Shown here in pieces: positions 9,201-19,600 of a DNA stretch of 64,000 nt. The notes beneath the pieces were generated by a model. That model was not told the DNA's origin, did not search any database, and saw only the letters and a list, made by a program, of their open reading frames with translations. Position 1 is the first letter of the stretch. Each line of letters starts with the position of its first letter. The stretch comes from Squalus acanthias (taxonomy: Eukaryota): positions 125,800,001-125,864,000 of the forward strand of contig CM059431.1 of the NCBI GenBank assembly GCA_030390025.1, in the 5' to 3' direction. A program made the position numbers and the translations under genes.

Positions 9201-10456
9201 TGTTTTCCAAGTGGGTGGAAGCCTTCCCCTGTCGAACAGCTACGGCACTGGGTACAGCAAAAATCTTGGTCCGGGAAGTGTTCTCGCGGTGGGGACTTCC
9301 CCGTTTTGTGGAGTCAGACCAAGGGAGTCATTTCACCGGCCAGGTGATGCAGAACACCCTCATGCTTTTGGGCATTGAAGGGAAGTGGCATGTAGCACAC
9401 AATCCCCAGTACTCCCCGCACGAGGTGATGACTGGGAGGCTCATGCGAACCCCCACCCATGTGTTAGCGCCGGTGCTCACTGAGGGTCAGCTCCAAGAGA
9501 TAAGCAGGGACAAGTTCGCCCAGACTCTCCTGGAGCGCCTGAAGCAGGTTTATGAGCAGGCGGCTGGGAACATGGGAAGGCAGCATCAGGGCAATCGCTT
9601 GTTGCTGGAACCCCGCAAAACGCGGGAGTGGGAAGTAGGAGACCAGGTCATGGTCAGAAACTACGCCAGAGTAGGGAGTCTGGAACCACTGTATATGGGA
9701 CCCTACAACATTGTAGACAAGGCGAGTCCCATGGTATACGCCGTAAAAGTACCTCGGCGCACTAAGTGGTTCCACGTAAACCAATGCAAACTGTACAAGC
9801 CAGGTGCGCAAGGGAAAACTACAGGGGTAAACCCCGCCAGTGGGAAAGCACAGCCCCAGGTAGGACCACAAGGCACACAGGCAGGCATAGCAGCTTGCAT
9901 CAGGGGAGGGGACATCCTGGAAGATCATGAAGCATTTTTCTGGAGTTGGGAGTCAGATGAGGGAGAATTCAGGGGACTCGAGTCAGATGAGGATAGTGAT
10001 GAAGACGAGTGGTTTTGGAGGAACGGTCCCGTTTTAGATATAGGGAGAATACGGGCTGCAGATAGAGATCCACACAGGGTGGACACACAAGCTGCAGGTC
10101 CCGAAGACAGGAGGGAGGAGCTAGGGGAGGCGGGGCCAGCCGCTGTGGGAGCACAGGGAGTGACGGTGAGGACCCCAGAGACAGAGCCGCCCGCTTTGAA
10201 CGTCCCGTCCTCGGGGGAGGCAGAGATCACGAGTGAAGGGCCGCCTGCTGGGCCGAGCAGGGCGGAGCCACAAACTGCGAGCCCCGAGGTTAGGGAGGCG
10301 GAGTCAGCGGAGGCGGAGCCAGCGACTGTGGTGGAACCCCAACCAACCAACACAGGTCTTCATCACAGCAGACGGTCCAGCCTGCTAGCCGGAGTAGAAG
10401 CAAGTAAACAAGTGGGACCAGGAGATCTCCTGACCGACACGTGGGTGCTGTGGTGA
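6266..10456 (+). CDS. pol: Pol (PR-RT-tether-RNase H-IN), in frame with gag; integrase internally deleted; C-terminus runs into the LTR remnant
   Basis: LLDTGA protease; LPQGF and YVDDLL RT; degenerate RNase H (LEVSAS..RPVVYSSR); second RNase H (YVDGSS, SAQQAEL, SDS, KVKAH, GNQQAD); HHCC finger, IDYIGP, SDQGSHF; GPY module. The frame is open from 6266. Confidence 0.93.
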   Translation, partial: LEPAQPVYLCPLSYDAWKRPLVEMEVEKQRGSYLLDTGASCTIIHTDSPFDSPLSTRVPFTLAGFTGKEQAGTFSLPLSIRLGALHLKWKCILMEWQEGGGRGILGSDLLSGHGILVDLRNHCLWGAKGEKGEVIVIPGEEETGVLCTVQPSGGYDLKLMVADVPTDMQTYVSDNMHAFATHKHDCGRVIGFEVSVDGDPMTRPQKQYNFPKEAEPDMETAMSSLVQQGVLRPIATHVNSPLWPVRKPDNSWRATVDYRVLNSNIPACAPTVAAVADLIGSIPASATTFTVLDITNGFWSIPLRREDQYKFAFTFKGQQYTWNCLPQGFHNSPSIFHQCMAGSLKEFSQPNQLVQYVDDLLLFTDSREEHGPLLDELLELLARKGFKINPKKARIGQREVKFLGLTIRAGERAIDKARRESVQELPIPNNVRGVRSFLGLTGYCRDIIEDYAATAAPLLRLLHKGVEWSWDEGCQAAFEKLKRDLQTAPALGAIDGGKEFFLEVSASGDSLSAVLLQERHGKLRPVVYSSRVLTDVERSFSNCERHLLATHWAVKRSAIFTGLSPITLLTHHTPTKMLLNGRIKDGTVSSVRIARWTLLLSQLDLRVKGLCEPRLAANLVYPGTAHRCSVEGVWDVNIGLRAGIHPTGREIYVDGSSTVSAGERLTGCGVYDPAANLALAIKLPSTMSAQQAELSAVVYVVTHPDILPTPYTICSDSMFTCKSCTEYLAIWSRRGYTSADGRPLTVKPLLEKILAAAVGEKGEIFIHKVKAHSSTEPRGEGNQQADALAREGARNGIFWDPYGTRPIAAIRGRDGNPGNTRVALPLDLKTVQAQDPALKAVLKTIAEGRQVEGPYSTATLSVKEGMLFREEQWVVLQQHRREFLQLAHEGPGAGHPGPEVTWQRVEQAGWWPGLREQVREFCANCLVCAANNPDPQKRKVPMGHVRRVEGPWQSIQIDYIGPLPTTQGGYKFCLVLVDVFSKWVEAFPCRTATALGTAKILVREVFSRWGLPRFVESDQGSHFTGQVMQNTLMLLGIEGKWHVAHNPQYSPHEVMTGRLMRTPTHVLAPVLTEGQLQEISRDKFAQTLLERLKQVYEQAAGNMGRQHQGNRLLLEPRKTREWEVGDQVMVRNYARVGSLEPLYMGPYNIVDKASPMVYAVKVPRRTKWFHVNQCKLYKPGAQGKTTGVNPASGKAQPQVGPQGTQAGIAACIRGGDILEDHEAFFWSWESDEGEFRGLESDEDSDEDEWFWRNGPVLDIGRIRAADRDPHRVDTQAAGPEDRREELGEAGPAAVGAQGVTVRTPETEPPALNVPSSGEAEITSEGPPAGPSRAEPQTASPEVREAESAEAEPATVVEPQPTNTGLHHSRRSSLLAGVEASKQVGPGDLLTDTWVLW

Positions 10457-10970
10457 AAAACATCCGATCAGCTATTCGGAATTTCTCCGAGTTATCACGA
10501 GTGGTGAGCATGAGTCTCGAAATCCTACGAATCTAGTTAGGATAGATATTGATAGGGGAGGGTTTAAGTATTAAGGATACTTGTAATGTGTGCCCCTATT
10601 TACGGTGTGTCGTTCGTTCCTTGTTTCCCTAGGATCAGCTATATAACTGCTTGTAAGATTGTACTGTCATTAATCTGTGCTTATGACATGTATTTCATAA
10701 TCTTAAATATCATGCAATAAAGATTTTCCATTTCGTACCATTCAACCGAGTCTACATGAGTTTCATCTCCATTACTGCTCTCGCATCTAAGTCCAGTGTC
10801 TAGAACCGTAAGGGCGAGTGATTCGAACCACTCACAGGTGTGTCTGGTGCTCCCAGACTGGCTGGAGACCAGAACAGGCAACAAGGCCTAAACCCGCACT
10901 GACATACAGGCTGCACAGAGCCGCGTGAATCTCACAGGCTGCGAGACACGCAGGGTCAGAATCCCTTACA
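10341..10970 (+). repeat. 3' LTR remnant (630 bp)
   Basis: Ungapped match to 3823-4452 with about 8 substitutions counted by eye. Ends CCCTTACA followed by the TSD. Confidence 0.92.
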
Positions 10971-11865
10971 GTGGTAGAGGTCGTGGGTTTGGGAGGTGCT
11001 GCCAAAGAATCCTTGGCAAGTTGTTGCATCTTGTAGATGGTATACACTGTAGCCACGGTGCGCTGGTGGTGGAGGGAGTGAATGTTTAAGGTGGTGGATG
11101 GGGTGCCAATCAAGCAGGCTGCTTTGTCCTGGATGGTGCCGAGCTTCTTGAGTGTTGTTGGAGCTGCACTCATCCAGGCTAGTGGAGAGTATTCCATCAC
11201 ACTTCTGACTAGTGCCTTGTAGATGGTGGAAAGGATCTGGGGAGTCAGGAGGTGAGACACTCGCCGCAGAATACCCAACCTGTGACCTGCTCTTATTGCC
11301 ACTGTGATTATGTGGCTGGTCCATTTAAGTTTCTAGTCAATGGTAACCCCCAGGATGTTGATGGTGGAGGATTTGGCGATGGTAATGCCGTTGAATGTCA
11401 AGGGGAGGTGGTTGGACTGTCTCTTGTTGGAGATAGTCATTGCCTGGCACTTGTGTGGTGCGAATGTTACTTGCTACTTATCAGCCTAAACCTGATGTCA
11501 TCCAGGTCTTGCTGCATGCGGGCATAGACTGCTTCATTTTCTGAGGAGTTGCGAATGGAACTGAACACTGTGCAATCATCAGCAAACATCCCCACTTCTG
11601 ACCTTATGGTGGAGGGAAGGTCATTGATGAAGCAGCTGAAGATGGTTGGGTCTAGGACACTGCCCTGAGGAACTCCTGCAGTAATGTCCTGGGGCTGAGA
11701 TGATTGACCTCGAACAACCACAACCATCTTCCTTTGTGCTCGGCTTGACTCCAGCCAGTGGAGAGTTTTCCACCCGATTCCCATTGACTTCAATTTTACT
11801 AGGGCTCCTTGATTCCACACTCGGTTAAATGCTGCCTTGATGTCAAGAGCAGTCACTGTCACCTA

Positions 11866-12600
11866 ACCTTGTAGCTTGTAGCATTGCCTCCTGCGCAGGA
11901 GATATTCAAATGGACAGAGGGCACACAAGCAACAGGAGGCCACAGCCGGGAACTCTTGGGGACGATCCCCGGCAATCGGGAGGGGGGAGCTCGGCAATTG
12001 GGAAAGGGGGAAGATCAGCATTCGGGAGGGGGGGAAGATCGGTTAGCTTCTCCCAACCATCATGGGGGGTGGGGGGGGAGTTAATATTGAAGCTACATTT
12101 GGCTGGATGGGCGGGAAACCCGGAAGTTCAGGTTTCCTGGCACGCTGCGGAATTTTAACTCCATAGCGTGCGTGTGACATAAAGGGCGGGTTCGCTACCT
12201 GGTAGTTAGCCTGATTGACAGGCTAGCTTCCAGTCGTGCGGGGATCGCTGACCAGGAGGCCACAGGGCACGGTAAGTGCTGGGCCCAGGATGATGGGGGG
12301 TGGTTCCAAGCCCGGGAATTGGGTCCGATCTTCCGGGGGGTGGGGTGCCCAATCACCTGACCGCCTGCAGTAAAACCTGTGAAGCAGGTTAAAGTAGAGG
12401 CTTCAGGCCTCATTATCATAATTAAATTGCCAACCTGCCTCCTGGCAGCGGGTTGGCATCCCAGCCCCCGCCGTCCCACCTGAGTGAAAGGTGAAAGTGG
12501 GCGTTTTCGATGCGGTTTGGGGTTGGGTTTTACATTAGCACAACTTTCACTTCCCCCCACGCCTCCAACCCACCCTTTCTTACCTCAGAAAATTCTGGCC
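11866..12600. mobile_element. Probable Harbinger-type MITE remnant (left end possibly at 2450, split by the LINE/LTR insertion)
   Basis: GC-rich segment ending AAAATTCTGGCC like other MITE termini here. GGCCTCGATATT at 2450 is a candidate left end. TSD not confirmed. Confidence 0.4.
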
Positions 12601-13794
12601 AGTGTCTTTCTATTCGGCATTTGGCCACAGTCCAGCTGGGTGCTGACAATGATTGAAGCTTCCTTGGGACAAATTAAAATTTACGTGGAACCTTAAATTT
12701 TAGATGTATTGCAATAAAAGAATTTCATGTTATCAAATACATCAAACTGACTTTGTAATTTGAATACCAAATACAAGGTCGTAGGCAAGGCCAACCAGTT
12801 CCAAACTGTCGATGAATATTTTTCAGTCTTTACTGCTAACTTGCTCTAAAACACATTGACTGCCATGAGAGAGCAAAAGGCTTGCAGCCCTAGGAAACTT
12901 TCAGTCGACTAAGTCACAGACTAGTAAATAACATCAAGTGAAGGTACCCTACAGCAAACTGGGTCCGTGGACCCCTGGAGCTCCGTGGAGACATTCCAGG
13001 GAATCCACGAAACATTAACCAATTATTCGTTGGAGAAGATCTCTGAAAAATTGTAAACTGCAAAAATGAAGCAGTGAGGATCGGGAAGGAGGCGGGACCA
13101 GTGTGTTCACGTTCGGGTTCCTGCCAATGACCTCATTGGTGTCTGTAGGAGGAGAGTGAAGGTTGGCTGGCTGGTAATGCGGTGAAGGGCGACGGAAAAA
13201 TAGGAAAGTTTCGTCGGAGTCGCTAAGTTTTGAAGTTCAACCGAGGGCGAGTCGCCATTGTTCACCGCGAGTCTCCTGCTGGTTTCGTGCAGTCTGCTGG
13301 AAGGTTTTTATTCATTGTGCCAACTTTTTCCGAAAACAGTTGCGTGGGATAATCTTGGATCATTAATGTCGGCAAGTTGAAACCGCCGCTGGGCCAAATC
13401 GAGCCGAAATCCCGTTACCGCGGCAGCACTAATTTATGTGCCGGAAAGTTCTCAGAAAGGTGCGCGGTGGAGGGAGCAGGGCCGTCGGAGACCTGGGACC
13501 CATCGGGTTGCCCGGCTGTTGATTTTTGGGAGGAGGGGAGAGATAAGTTTGGGTTTGCGTATTACTGGCTGGAGACGGCAGGTTGCGGACTGGCTGAGAT
13601 GGTAAATGCAATGACTTGTTCCTGACCCACTGGGAATGCCCTGATCGTGAAAAGAACAAGTTTGTTTGATGTGGATATCGGTGGATGGGTGTGAAGCAGA
13701 CAATCCCAATCACTCAAGCAGCTGTATGTTTTGGGAGTATTTTTTAATTTAACTTCTTTACTCTTTAGTATTGAATTAAAATTGAGACTTTCAT

Positions 13795-16700
13795 GGAATC
13801 ATAGAATCATAAAATGGTTACAGCACAGAAGGAGGCCATTTGGCCAGTCGAGCCCATGCTGGCTCTCTGCAAGAGCACTTCAGCTAGTCCCACTCCCCCG
13901 CCCTTTCCCCATAGCCCTGCAAATTGTTTTCCCTCAGGTACCTATCCAATTCATTTTTGAAAGCCACAATTGAGTCTGCCTCCACAACCCTTTCAGGCAG
14001 TGCATGCCAGATCCTAACCACTCGCTGAGTAAAAAAGTTTTTCCTCATGTCGCTTTTGGTTCTTCTGCCAATCACCTTGAATCTGTGTCCTCTGGTTCTC
14101 GACCCTTCTGCCAATGGGAGCAGTTTCTCTCTATCTACTCTGTCCAGACCCCTCATGATTTTGAACACCTCTATCAAATCTCCTCTCAACCTTCTCTGTT
14201 CAAAGGAGAACATCCTTCCTAAAGTGTGGTGCCCAGAATTGGAAACAATACTCCAGTTGAGGCCGAACCAGTGTTTTATAAAGGTTCATCAAAACTTCCT
14301 TGCTTTTGTACTCTATTCCTCTATTTATGAAGCCCAGTATCCCGTATGCTTTTTTAACCGCTTTCTCAACCTGCCCTGCCACCTTTAATGATTTGTGCAC
14401 ATACACCCCTAGGTCTCTCTGTTCATGCACCCCCTTTAGGATTGTACCCTTTAGTTTATATTGCCTCTCCTCATTCTTCCTATGAAAATGTATCACCTCA
14501 CACTTTTCTGCATTAAATTTCATCTACCACGTGTCCGCCCATTCCACCAGCCTGTCTATGTCTTCTTGAAACCTATCACTATCCTCCTCACTGTTCACTA
14601 TACCTCCAAGTTTTGTGTCATCTGCAAATTTTGAAATTGTGCCCTATACTCCCAAGTACAAGTCATTAATATATATCAAGAAAAGCAGTGATCTTAGTAC
14701 CAACCCCTGGGGAACACCACCGTATACCAGTCCGAAAAACAATGGTTCACCACTACTCTTCCTGTCACTTAGCCAATTTCATATCCATGCTGCCACTGTC
14801 CCTTTTATCCCATGGGCTTCAACATTGCTGGCAAGCCTATTATGTGGCACTTTATCAAACGCATTTTGGATGTCCATTTATACCACATCAACCGCATTGC
14901 CATCATCAACCCCCTCTGTTACCCCATCAAAAAACTCGATCAAGTTAGTTAAACCTGATTTGCCTTTAACAAATCCGTGCTGGCTTTCATTAATTAATCC
15001 ATACTTGTCCAAGTGACTGTTAACTTTGTTCCTGATTATCATTTCCAAAAGCTTCCCCACTACCGAGAATAAACTGACTGGCCTGTAGTTGCTGGGTTTA
15101 TCCTTACACTCTTTTTTGAACAAGGGTATAACATTTGCAATTCTCCAGTCCTCTGGCACCACCCCCATTTCTAAGGAGGATTGGAAGATTATGGCGAGTA
15201 CCTCCGCAATTTCCTCCTTAACCTCCCTCAGCATCCTAGGATGCATCCCATCTGGTCCTGGTGACTTTAAATTCAGACAGCCTTTCTAATACCTTCTCTT
15301 TATCAATTTTTATCTCATTTAGTAACTCCACTACCTCCTCTTTCACTATGACATTGGCAGCACCTTTTTCCTTGGTGAAGACAGATGCAAAGTACTCATT
15401 CAGTACCTCAGCCATGCCCTCTGCCTCCATGCGTAGGTCTCCTTTATGGTCCCTAATCGGCCCCACCCCTCCTCTTACTACTCATTTATTATTTATATGC
15501 CTATAGAAGACTTCTGAATTCACTTTTATGTTAGCTGCCAATCTATTCTCATACTCTCTCTTTGCCCCTCTTATTTTCTTTTTCACTTCCCTTCTGAACT
15601 TTCTATATTCATCCTGATTCTCACTTGTATTCTCAACATGACATCTGTCATACATGCCCTTTTTCTGCTTCATCTTACTCTCTATCTCTTTCTTCATCCA
15701 GGGAGCTCTGGCTTTAGTTGCCCTACCTTTCCCCCTCGTGGGAATGTACCTCGACTGTACCCGAACCATCTCCTCTTCAGCCCATTGTTCGATTACAGTT
15801 TTGCCTGCCAATCTCTGATTCCAATTTACCTGGGCCAGATCTGTTCTCATCCTACTGAAATTTGCCTTCCTCCAATTAAGTATTTTTACTCTGGATTGCT
15901 CCCTGTCCTTTTCCATTGCTAATCTAAACCTTATGATACTATGATCACTGATCCCTAAATGCTCCCCTACTGACACTTGCTCCACTTGACCAACCTCATT
16001 CTCCAGAACCAGATCCAGCAATGCCTCCTTCCTCGTTGGGCTGGAAACATACTGATCAAGAAAGTTCTCCTGAACACACTTCAGAAATTCATCCCCATCT
16101 CTGCCCTTTAGACTGTTATTATCCCAGTCTATATTAGGATAATTGAAGTCCCCCATTATTACTATGCTATAGTTCTTGCTCCTCTCTGTAATTTCCCTGC
16201 AAATTTGCTCCTCTATATCTTTCCCACTAGTTGGTGGCCTATAGAATACACCTAGTAGTGTAATGGCTCCTCTATTATTTCTTAACTCTAACCAAATAGA
16301 TTCTGTCCCCTCCAGGACATCCTCTCTCTCCAGTACTGTAACATTCTCCTTAACCAATACTGCTACCCCACCTCCTTTTTTTCCTTCCCAATATTTCCTG
16401 AACACCTTATATCCAGGAATATTTAAAACCCAATCCTGCCCTTTTTTGAGTCAGGTCTTTGTTATCGCCACAACATCATATTCCCATGTGTCTATTTGCG
16501 CCTGCAGCTCACCAGCCTTATTTACCACATTTTGTGCATTTACACATATACACAGTAAAAACCTGTCTTAGACCTTCTTGTATTCTCTCTTAATCTGACC
16601 CCACCTAATACCTCACTATTTCTTACTCTAGTGCTATCTATCTCATCCCATCCCTTGTGCACTTCGTTGCTCCTTTCTAATGCTACATCCTGGTGCCCCT
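13795..16700 (-). mobile_element. CR1 LINE (HER1-like) ORF2 pseudogene, APE + RT
   Basis: Fragments GGGVAVLVK, MGDFNYPNIDW, LLDLVL, NYRPVSL, SQHGFVKGKS, LVRPQLEYC, RTRGH. ATTCTATG-type tail at ~13795-13810. Frameshifts and small deletions. Confidence 0.93.
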
Positions 16701-16861
16701 GCTTTTGCTAATTTCAAATTATATTTTAAAAACAAAGGTTCATAATTAAATTCGTAGGTGAGCAGTAGTTTTTAAAATGGTACTGAAAATTAATATAACA
16801 AGTAGGAAAGTGAACAGCAGGCATAGCTTTAAATAAATTGTCAAACATTACACCAAGGATA

Positions 16862-17003
16862 GGGCAGCACGGTGGCATAGTGGTTAGCACTGGTGCCTCA
16901 CAGCGCCAGGGACCCGGGTTCGAATCTGACCTCGGGTGACTGTCTGTGTGGAGTTTGCACATTCTCCCCGTGTCTGCGTGGGTTTCCTCCGGGTGCTCCG
17001 GTT
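16862..17003 (+). mobile_element. HE1/V-SINE, 3'-truncated
   Basis: tRNA-like head (GGTGGCATAGTGGTTAGC, GGTTCGAATC) followed by V-domain TGTGTGGAGTTTGCACATTCTCCCCGTGTCTGCGTGGGTTTCCTCCGGG. Confidence 0.85.
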
Positions 17004-17221
17004 GATAGACAGACTCTGCAGTGAGAAGCAGGCATCCATCTCATTGATATCTCAAACTAAATACCTGTTTTCTTAAAAGTATTACTAAATCACTCTTTAC
17101 ATGCAGCACGTTCATATTATCAGTATTATATAGTATTATAATTTAGATGGGGATCCGTGATTACAAATCAATTTGAAAAGGGGTCCTTCGGGGGTCCGTG
17201 ATTACTAATCGAATCGAAGAT

Positions 17222-17480
17222 CGGAAATGAGGAGGAATTTCTCTCTCAGAGGGTCGTGAATCTTTGGAATTCTCTTCCCCAGAGAGCTGTGGAGGCTGAG
17301 TCATTGAATATATTTAAGGTGGAGATAGACAGATTTTTGAATGTTAAGGGAGTCGAGGGTTATGGGGAGCGGGCGGGGAAGTGGAGTTGAGGCCACGATC
17401 AGATCAGCCATGATCTTATTGAATGGCGGAGCAGGCTCGAGGGGCCAAATGACCTACTCCTGCTCCTACATCTTATGTTT
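17222..17480 (+). mobile_element. CR1 3' end fragment
   Basis: Matches the 3' end of the CR1 at 42540-42806. Confidence 0.85.
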
Positions 17481-17526
17481 TAAGGGGTCCTTCAACCAAA
17501 AAAGTTTGAGAACCCCTGCCCTAGAG

Positions 17527-17745
17527 CAGGGGTTCTCAACTGGTGGTCCGTGGCCCCCGGGACGGTTTCAAGGTGTCCACCAATGTGTAGGCAAAAGTAA
17601 TATTTTTTTTTACCCTAACAAAATATGGCAGCACCCAGTCTCAAATGGGCTCAGCCCCACAGTACCCATGCAGTATAATGGGGTCACTGGAAAGTGGACA
17701 GTGATTGGAAGCTATCAGCAGCAGCGCAATGTTTGAAAAAGACGA
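17527..17745. mobile_element. Left end of a second hAT element, truncated
   Basis: CAGGGGTTCTCAAC terminus directly after CCCTAGAG, followed by a GGTCCGTGG subterminal motif. Right boundary uncertain. Confidence 0.6.
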
Positions 17746-17749
17746 ATCT

Positions 17750-18861
17750 ACATCAAGGCAGCATTTGACCAAGTGTGGCTTCAGGAGCCTTAGTAAAATT
17801 GAAGTCAATGGGAATCAGGGGGAAAACTCTCCACTGGCTGGAGTCATACCCAACACAAAGGAAGATAGTTGTGGTTTTTGGAGGCCAATCATCTCAGCCC
17901 TAAGACATCACTCCAGGAGTTCCTCAGGGCAATGTCCTCAGCCCAACCATTTTCAGCTGCTTCATCAATGACCTTCCGTCCATCATAAGGTCAGAAGTGG
18001 GGATGTTCGCTGATGATTGCACAGTGTTCAGTTCCATTCACAACTCCTCAGATAATGAAGCAGTCCATGCCCGCATGCAGCAAGACCTGGACAATATTCA
18101 GGCTTGGGCTGATAAGAGGCAAGTAACATTCGCGCCACACAAGTGCCAGGCAATGACCATCTCCAACAAGAGAAATTCTAATCACCTCCCCTTGACATTC
18201 AATGGCATTACCATCATTGAATCCCCCATCATCCACATCCTGGGGGTCACCATTGACCAGAAACTTAACTGGACCAGCCACATAAATACTGTGGTTACAA
18301 GAGCAGGCCAGAGGCTGGGTATTCTTCGGGGTGTGTCTCATATCTGACTCCCCAAAGCGTTTCCACCATCTACAAGGCACAAGTCAGGAATGTGATGGAA
18401 TACTCTCCAATGAGTACAACTTCAACAACACTCAAGAAGCTCAACACCATCCAGGACAAAGCAGCCTGCTTGACTGGGACCCCATCCACCACCTTAAACA
18501 TTCACTCCCTCCACTACCAGTGCACCATGACTGCAGTGTTCCATCTACAAGATGCACAGTAGCAACTCGGCAAGGCTTCTTCGACAACATCTCCCAAACC
18601 CGTGACCTCTGCCACCTAGAAGGACAAGGGCAGCAGGCACATGGGAACACCACCAGCTGCAAGTTCCCCATAAGTCACACACCATCCTGACTTGGACCTA
18701 TATCGCCATTCCTTCATCGTAACTGGGTCAAAATCCTGGAACTCCCTCCCTAACTGCACTTTGGGAGTACCTTCACCACATGGACTGCCACGGTTCAAGA
18801 AGGCGGCTCACCACCACCTTCTCAAGGGCAATTAGGGATGGGCAATAAATGCTGGCCTTGA
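17750..18861 (+). mobile_element. CR1-group LINE (family B), 5'-truncated
   Basis: MFADDC RT motif, ILGVTIDQKLNW, and the family 3' tail GGGCAATAAATGCTGGCC. Confidence 0.9.
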
Positions 18862-19600
18862 TTCAAGGGAATTCTGAATTGTTTTGTCCCTGAGCAACAA
18901 AGAAGAAGATTGCTATTCTTGTGGCAGTCTGGTAGAAAAGTTGATCAGAGACCCCAATTACTCTGTAAATTGCACGCATACTATTTACTTAAATGATGCT
19001 ATTTCACTATTGCAGTGCGCATCTGCGTATTCTCAATTTACACCCTGCATGACATCGTCAACAGCCTGCATGAGCAGGTTCACACTCTCCTCTGCTAAGT
19101 TTGTGAGTGTCAAAGGCACAGGATCTGCCTTTTGTGGTCGACATATCCCCTGGCTTCTGACTCAGTAGCAAGTGCAGCACATTGGGGTCTGTCCTCATTG
19201 ATTGCCAGCTGTTTGATGACCTCTACTCACCTTTCGCTGCATCAATACTGTTCTCAGGGATGATTGTGGGTGCAGACCTGGAAGAAGCAATTCCTTTCTA
19301 GAGACAAGATGGACAATATATATCACATTAATTTAGAATTGAAATTGGCCTGATTGCTACAAATAGCCTACTGAGAGTCCGAATCATTTTGTCCCTGAGC
19401 AACATAGAGGAGGATTGCTATTCTTGTGGCAGTCTGGTAGAAAAATTGATCACCTACGGTGGCCTCTGCAGGATTAGTCAAGGGGCTATTAGGGCCTGCA
19501 CCTGGCAGATAAGTGATGCCCTGTTCTGTAGGGCTGAAGAGTTTATTAGGAATATATGTAAGTAAAGTGGAGTTGTGTAATATTATACATTAAATTGTAT

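Larger units (their letters stand above)
2800..10970 (+). mobile_element. Endogenous retrovirus-like LTR element (dual RNase H, lokiretrovirus-like), defective
   Basis: TG...CA termini, 4-bp TSD GTGG (2796-2799 and 10971-10974), direct repeat 3823-4452 = 10341-10970, PBS, gag and pol ORFs. The family assignment is inference from domain order. Confidence 0.93.
2507..11865 (-). mobile_element. CR1-group LINE (family B), 5'-truncated, split by the LTR element at 2800-10970
   Basis: RT motifs in the 11467-11862 ORF ([20 protein letters not shown]). 2507-2799 and 10975 onward rejoin as ...TCTAG GTGG TAGAGG..., matching intact copies at 43447-44242 and 59785-60550. Confidence 0.9.
12955..17518. 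mobile_element. Non-autonomous hAT (Charlie-like) element carrying nested LINE/SINE insertions
   Basis: Right TIR TTTGAGAACCCCTG. 8-bp flanks CCCTACAG (12947-12954) and CCCTAGAG (17519-17526). GGGTCCGTG subterminal motifs at both ends. Left TIR partly deleted. Confidence 0.7.

Noticed and set aside
9464..10353. Antisense ORFs (154 and 142 aa) as accessory genes or env
   Set aside because: They are shadows of the GC-rich pol frame, with no signal peptide, furin site or transmembrane layout.
16862..16935. tRNA gene (also the head at 27141)
   Set aside because: These are SINE heads that continue into V or Deu domains.
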